Shown one piece after another: positions 25,499 to 30,565 of a stretch of DNA of 30,565 bases. The notes beneath the pieces were generated by a model. It searched no databases. It saw nothing but the letters and a program-made list of their open reading frames with translations, and had not been told where the DNA came from. The first letter of the stretch is position 1. The number at the start of each line of letters is the position of its first letter. The stretch spans positions 1 to 30,565 of the forward strand of contig CBDDTI010000569.1 of assembly GCA_965233585.1 (NCBI GenBank), given 5' to 3'. The position numbers and the translations under genes were made by a program. This DNA comes from a bacterium. Lineage in GTDB: Bacteria > SAR324 > NAC60-12.

Positions 25499-27059
25499 GG
25501 ACAGAGAAAGTCGGGGACGATTTAGGTGGTGAGTCGCGGCGAAGAGAAAGTAAGGGTACATATGAATGTTGTGCCGCGTAGCACTAAGAACACAAATAAT
25601 GGATAAGAGAATTAACTCTGAAGTGTAAATTTAAGTGCTAATTTAACCCATAAATAACCCACTGGGCGTTAGTCCTAGTAAAGGGAATCAGGGAACCACA
25701 CGAGGTAAAGAAAGAATCTTTATGGCCTTGGTGGGAGTCGAACCCACGACCTCCGGATTAGATCTACCGTTACTCTGCCCACTGAGCTACGAGGTCGGAC
25801 ACAGAAAGTCGGGAACGATATAGGTGGTGAGTCGCGGCAAAAAGAAAGTAAGGGTACGTATGAATGTTGTGCCGCGTAGCACTATGAACTCAAGTGATGG
25901 AACAGAGAATTAACTCTGAAGTGTAAATTTAAGTGCTAATTTAACCCACGAATAACCTACTGAGAGTTAGCCCTAGTAAAGGGAATCAGGGAACCACAAA
26001 GATAAAGAAAGAATCTTTTGACTTCGGTGGGAATCGAACCCACAACCTCCGGAATAGATCTACCGTTACTCTGCCTACTGAGCTACGAGGTCGGGCAAAG
26101 AAAGTCGGGGACGATTTAGGTGGTAAGTCGCAGCGAAGAGAAAGTAAGGGTACATATGAATGTTGTGCCGCATAGCACTAAGAACACAAATGGTGGAACA
26201 GAGAATTAACTCTAAAGTGTAAATTTAAGTGTCAATTTAACCCATAAATAACCCACTGGGCGTTAGCCCTAGTAAAGGGAATCAGGGAACCACACAAGGT
26301 GAAGAAAGAATCTTTTGACCTCGGTGGGAATCGAACCCACGACCGCCGGATTAGATCTACCGTTACTCTGCCCACTGAGCTACGAGGTCGGACAGAGAAA
26401 GTCAGGGACGATTTAGGTGGTGAGTCGCGGCAAAGAGAAAGTAAGGAAACATATGAATGTTGTGCCGCGTAGCACTAAGAACACAAATGGTGGAACAGAG
26501 AATTAACTCTGAAGTTTAAATTTAAGTGCTAATTTAACCCATTAATAGCCCACTGGGCGTTAGCCCTAGTAAAGGGAATAAGGGAACCACACGAGGTAAA
26601 GAAATAACCTTTTGACCTCGGAGGGAATCGAACCCAAGACCTCCGGATTAGATCTACCGTTACTCTGCCCACTGAGCTACGAGGTCGGACAGAGAAAGTC
26701 AGGGACGATTTAGGTGGTGAGTCGCCGCGAAGAGAAAGTAAGGAAACATATGAATGTTGTGCCGCGTAGCACTAAGAACACAAATGGTGGAACAGAGAAT
26801 TAACTCTGAAGTTTAAATTTAAGTGCTAATTTAACCCATTAATAGCCCACTGGGCGTTAGCCCTAGTAAAGGGAATCAGGGAACCACACGAGATAAAGAA
26901 AGAATCTTTTGACTTCGGTAGGAATCGAACCCACGATCTCCAGATTAGATCTATTGTTATTCTACCGACTGAGCTACGAGGTCGGATAGAGAAAGTCAGG
27001 GACGATTTAGGTGGTGAGTCGCGGCGAAGAGAAAGTATCGTCCCCGACTTTCTCTGTCC

Positions 27060-27133
27060 GACCTCGTACCTCAGTCGGCAGAGTAACGATAGATCTAATC
27101 CCGAGGTCGTAGGTTCGATTCCCACCGAGGTCA
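27060..27133 (+). ncRNA. tRNA-like head in the inverted partial unit
   Basis: gacctcg...ggttcgattcccaccgaggtca on the + strand. Confidence 0.7.
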
Positions 27134-27911
27134 AAAGATTCTTTCTTTACCTCGTGTGGTTCCCTGATTCCCTTTACTAGGGTAACGCCCAGTGGGTTAT
27201 TTATAGGTTAAATTAGCACTTAAATTTACACTTCAGGGTTAATTCTCTGTTCCACCATTTACCTACGCAGTGTTGCCTACCGAGAGTTTTCCCGCTTTGT
27301 GTATGGGTTCCTGGGAAATAAACGGATTCCCTTCCGGCATGTGCCTACACAGCAATAATGAAGCAATTCCCTCTTGGGAAAGATGGATCTTTCACAGGAT
27401 TTGACCTTGACGAGGACGATGATTAGTGTAGTGATATTTCTCACAAGAACTGGGTATTTTCGATAATAATTTATTCTTGTAAAGTTTCAAATGAGGTTGT
27501 GAAACCCTTTTTTATACATTTTATCAGATGGCCTCGACAAAGCACTCTTGATTTGACAAGGGATAAATTATGTTCAATTCATTTACTGTAGGTCACAGAC
27601 ATTTAAATGAAATTCTGTCGGTATCCCCTTGACCACTGTTGAAAATATCTTTTTGGTGGGGAAATTGGATTGGCGGCCGCATCATGAAACAGAACAGGTA
27701 AATTCACTACAGAGATTTAAAATATCACCAGTTTCAAACGTGGAGGGGAACAATTATGCGGGGTGTTCACTACTCTGATATTAAGTTGCAATGACATCAG
27801 TTCCTCAGCTTCACAAACTTTTTCTTAAAAAAAAAAACCCTAAATAATTTATCAATCAACTAGTATATCCCAAACAGGACTTAATTTTAGTGTAATACTC
27901 ACTAAGCAACT

Positions 27912-28100
27912 ATTCTCTATTTTCCAACTGCCCATAATTCACTCTGTTTGCCCCCCAAATTTTGCATAAAACTACTGTCGTGAAAATTGCCCTCGGGAAT
28001 ATGCAGGCCTCCCAAGAGCATTTCAGAACAATACAGTAGCAGGCAAAATTTGGGGGACAAATAGTAAGAGTGAATTATGAGCAATTGGAAAATGGAGAAT
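27912..28100. mobile_element. MITE
   Basis: TIR attctctattttccaactgcccataattcactct / agagtgaattatgagcaattggaaaatggagaat. Confidence 0.8.
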
Positions 28101-28190
28101 TAATACTATCACAAATTCGAATTAAAGCAATAAAATAATGCCATGATTTGGTTCTGAAAATGCAAACAACAACAGTAACCCAATTTTAAA

Positions 28191-28384
28191 TGTGTAGTTC
28201 CAGACAATATCCATGCCCACCCCAAGGAAGGATAATGGAAATTCCAAGGGGGAGGGGGGTTTCAAAAGCCCAATTTTTTTAACAAAAGTATGACACTAAA
28301 ATGGAATTTCCGGAGGGGTGGGGGGTTCAAACTAAAAAAACCCTCCATGAGAGGGTTATCATGGATATTTTCTGGAACAACACA
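28191..28384. mobile_element. MITE
   Basis: TIR tgtgtagttccagacaatatccatg / catggatattttctggaacaacaca. Confidence 0.8.
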
Positions 28385-28413
28385 ATCCACTTGTCCTATG
28401 TTCTCTTTTTGGG

Positions 28414-28513
28414 TAGCCTGCGAAAACTGCCGTCTTTCTTCGCTCCCGGCCCGAGTGGCGTTTCGCGTGAAGGACGTCTGCGATTTGCCGTCGAAAATTC
28501 CATACTGATGACG
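28414..28513. mobile_element. Solo terminus of an Academ-like element
   Basis: Begins tagcctgcg, like the 18215 element. No partner TIR found. Confidence 0.5.
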
Positions 28514-28992
28514 TACGCGTGAACTTTGTAATTTTGCATAAATTAACATTTGCAGTTTTAGTCAATTGAAACGACACATTTTTCGATTCTTCATTACACA
28601 CCACGCACGAAAAGTTTGTGCCCAGCCGCAAATGTGTTACATTCTCACATAGGCACGAGTTGCGCTAGCAACTTCAGACGTACAGAGTATTTTAGAAATA
28701 CCGGCAACTGATGAGATCCACCTGGAGGATCGAAACCAAACTTGCGTGTCAACAGCCACATTTGAATCATGTGGTACCAAAACGACTAATGGAAGAACAA
28801 GCCTATACATCAAGCTTGAGAAACATAAGGTCGATCAGATGGCTGAAAGAAACATTAGAATTTCACTAGACAAGCGCATAGCTTTCTCGAAGTAAAGCTA
28901 CGGCATCTCTGAAGGAAACCGTGCAAGGGCAATTATGATATCAGTTCTGTACGTTTTGATCAGTGAGCAACATCTTTACCGAGGTGTCAAAA

Positions 28993-29046
28993 TGGGCGTA
29001 TGGAAGACCAGGAAATCCGGAACTGGAACCGGAACCGGAACCGGAA
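28993..29046. repeat. (GGAACC)n short repeat, probably a transposon terminus or subterminal array
   Basis: tgggcgtatggaagaccaggaaatccggaactggaaccggaaccggaaccggaa. No partner end in the window. Confidence 0.45.
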
Positions 29047-29125
29047 AATAGATGAATGCTTCAAGTCTGGAAGTATGATTGACATCAATCCTCCTTCTCC
29101 CTTCTCTGCATTCCTCGAGGGCAAG

Positions 29126-29872
29126 ATGGATGATACGCGGAGCCCATTTAAGAAAAGGTACGAGCAAAAAAACGTAGTAGTTACCATTCTTTTCAGTTAA
29201 ATTGAGTTTGGGATGATGCTCTTATTATACAAAACATATTTGCTTTGTAGGTCGCGACAAACCGCAGAGGAATTGGTTGAAATGTGAGTACGGGTGAACA
29301 TTTGACTTTGCTATGCCTTACATTTAACTAAGCTCGAGTCTATATGCGGAACAACCGATTCTATGTATTCCAGGAGTTATGTTCTGCTTTTTCATATAGT
29401 TAAGTGTATAACAACCGAAGAGTTCGTTTTTCGCCGGTGAAAGAATAGGAGCGTAAATATGTACAAAATCGTTCTGAACAAAGGAACCGTCCTAAAAGCA
29501 CGGTTAAATGTTGTCGTTTTGTTTTTTTTTTTTTTTAATTGATATTCCTTGTCAGATAAAATACTTTTCGACACAAAATGCATTCATGTACCTCGCACGT
29601 AATTATCGAAAATTGAGAATCATTACCTGTTTTCATTTATACCGCTGGTTAAATTAACATGGTTTTAGCAACCTTATCAAAAGTTTATCCCAAAATGAAT
29701 GGACTGTTGGCAGCTGTTCTAAGAGTTTTATAGCCTTAAACTTTTCACAGTCGGAAAAATCTTTAGCCTGATATTTTTATGTTCTATTTTGATTTAATGA
29801 ATTTAATTTTGCAGCAACTCAGCGAGCAGTACAAGTGCCGCACGCGATCTGTTTGGTGCTTGGAATACTCAG
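29126..29872 (+). CDS. Candidate 5' end of a spliced gene with micro-exons; product unknown
   Basis: Exons 29126-29157, 29251-29283 and 29815-29872 joined by GT-AG introns in compatible phase give MDDTRSPFKKRSRQTAEELVEINSASSTSAARDLFGAWNTQ. Confidence 0.35.
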
Positions 29873-30101
29873 GTTAGTTTTATGTCATTGTTCAGCACTG
29901 TTTAACTAAAGCTATCTAAGAAACATACTGCGTTTCAAAATTTGTGTTTAATGCAACAAAGTATACACAATTCGCCGAGGAACTATTGTATTAAGCTTGT
30001 CACGCCATTTAAAACGAACATTAAACGGCTCACTTTCCTAAATTTACTCAGTTTAGATTTGCTTCCTAATGTTATCAAACAAACAAACAAAAAAAAAAAC
30101 A

Positions 30102-30156
<55 letters not shown>

Positions 30157-30368
30157 AAGTGATAAAAATTGATCATCAGCTAAAAAGTGCTCAATGGATT
30201 TACCAGAGCTTTGAATAGAAACGTAGACTTGAACTAGGTCAAAAACATTTATTTGCTACTCTGAGTTTCATGCCTCTTACGAGGCAATCATCAGGCAATT
30301 GCCAAAAAGAAAGAATACATGGTGTATTATAGTAATTTTGAAAAAACCGTAACAAGTCATAATAGGCT

Positions 30369-30538
30369 GGGGTGTATAGCAACGGTAAAACAATTGACAG
30401 TAAACTTCCTAAACTAAATCTTATAGGATATTTTGAAAAAAACGGTAAAGGGGTGTATAGCAACGATAAAACAATTACAGTAAACGCGGGCTAAAAATAA
30501 ACTGCTAAAAATAAACTGCTAAAAATAAATCTTATAGG
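30369..30538 (+). repeat. Short direct repeats
   Basis: ggggtgtatagcaacg(g/a)taaaacaatt occurs twice (30369, 30450), aaatcttatagg twice, and ctaaaaataaa three times. Confidence 0.7.
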
Positions 30539-30565
30539 CCTAAATAATCACGCTATTCAGAAGGA

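Larger units (their letters stand above)
25262..27258 (-). mobile_element. Multimeric tRNA-derived (SINE-like) insertion: six ~297-bp tandem units plus an inverted partial unit, 16-bp TSD
   Basis: Units start at 25262, 25559, 25857, 26153, 26450 and 26747. Inversion junction at 27037. TSD ttacctacgcagtgtt at 25246-25261 and 27259-27274. Confidence 0.93.
23562..27426 (+). mobile_element. Kolobok-like transposon, left end and accessory gene; right end not found
   Basis: TTAA (23558-23561) followed by AGTGCCACT (purine-purine terminus), ~300 bp upstream of a KolX-like gene. No transposase or matching TIR seen in the window. Confidence 0.6.
23868..27426 (+). pseudogene. KolX / P2X7 C-terminal ballast (Zn-binding)-like protein, three exons, disrupted
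   Basis: Exons 23868-24130, 24246-24506 and 25246-25261 plus 27275-27426, with in-phase GT-AG introns: WCLCGNC...ECYCCKE...CITDHPGF..VC...YLRSVAYREFSRFVYGFLGNKRIP[frameshift]LPACAYTAIMKQFP...FTGF. Confidence 0.88.

Noticed and set aside
25425..26992. Functional tRNA gene cluster or amber suppressor (loop contains TCT/CTA)
   Set aside because: The anticodon arm is 18 nt with a weak stem and no canonical 7-nt loop, copies carry stem-breaking substitutions, and there is no terminator.
27583..27703. Exon-like segment bounded by AG and GTAAAT
   Set aside because: Stop codons in all three frames.

Overview
Eukaryotic, almost entirely transposon-derived DNA with no intact host gene. The repeat types look like those of a marine invertebrate, probably a cnidarian or coral (inference). 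From left to right: (1) a five-unit tandem array (239-2559) and two solo elements (2560-3071, 13151-13657) share an A..A'B'..B architecture, in which an internal junction is complementary to the joined termini (DIRS-ICR/Crypton-like, non-coding). (2) A TTAA-flanked long-TIR element (Sola3-like, 4246-14662) has its left arm interrupted by a Helentron-type element, which holds a TA-TSD MITE, which holds a Tx1/L1 LINE fragment. (3) A 6-bp-TSD element carries nested foldbacks. (4) A dead PIF/Harbinger transposon (Myb-like gene plus DDE transposase) is hit by two 9-bp-TSD Academ-type elements, one with a RecQ helicase relic, and by a CR1/L2-like LINE tail. (5) A Kolobok-like end carries a spliced KolX/P2X7-ballast-like gene. 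That gene is disrupted by six tandem ~297-bp tRNA-derived units plus an inverted partial unit, all inside one 16-bp TSD. (6) Small MITEs and a possible micro-exon gene start close the window. Family names rest on structural hallmarks and recalled motifs, not on database searches.
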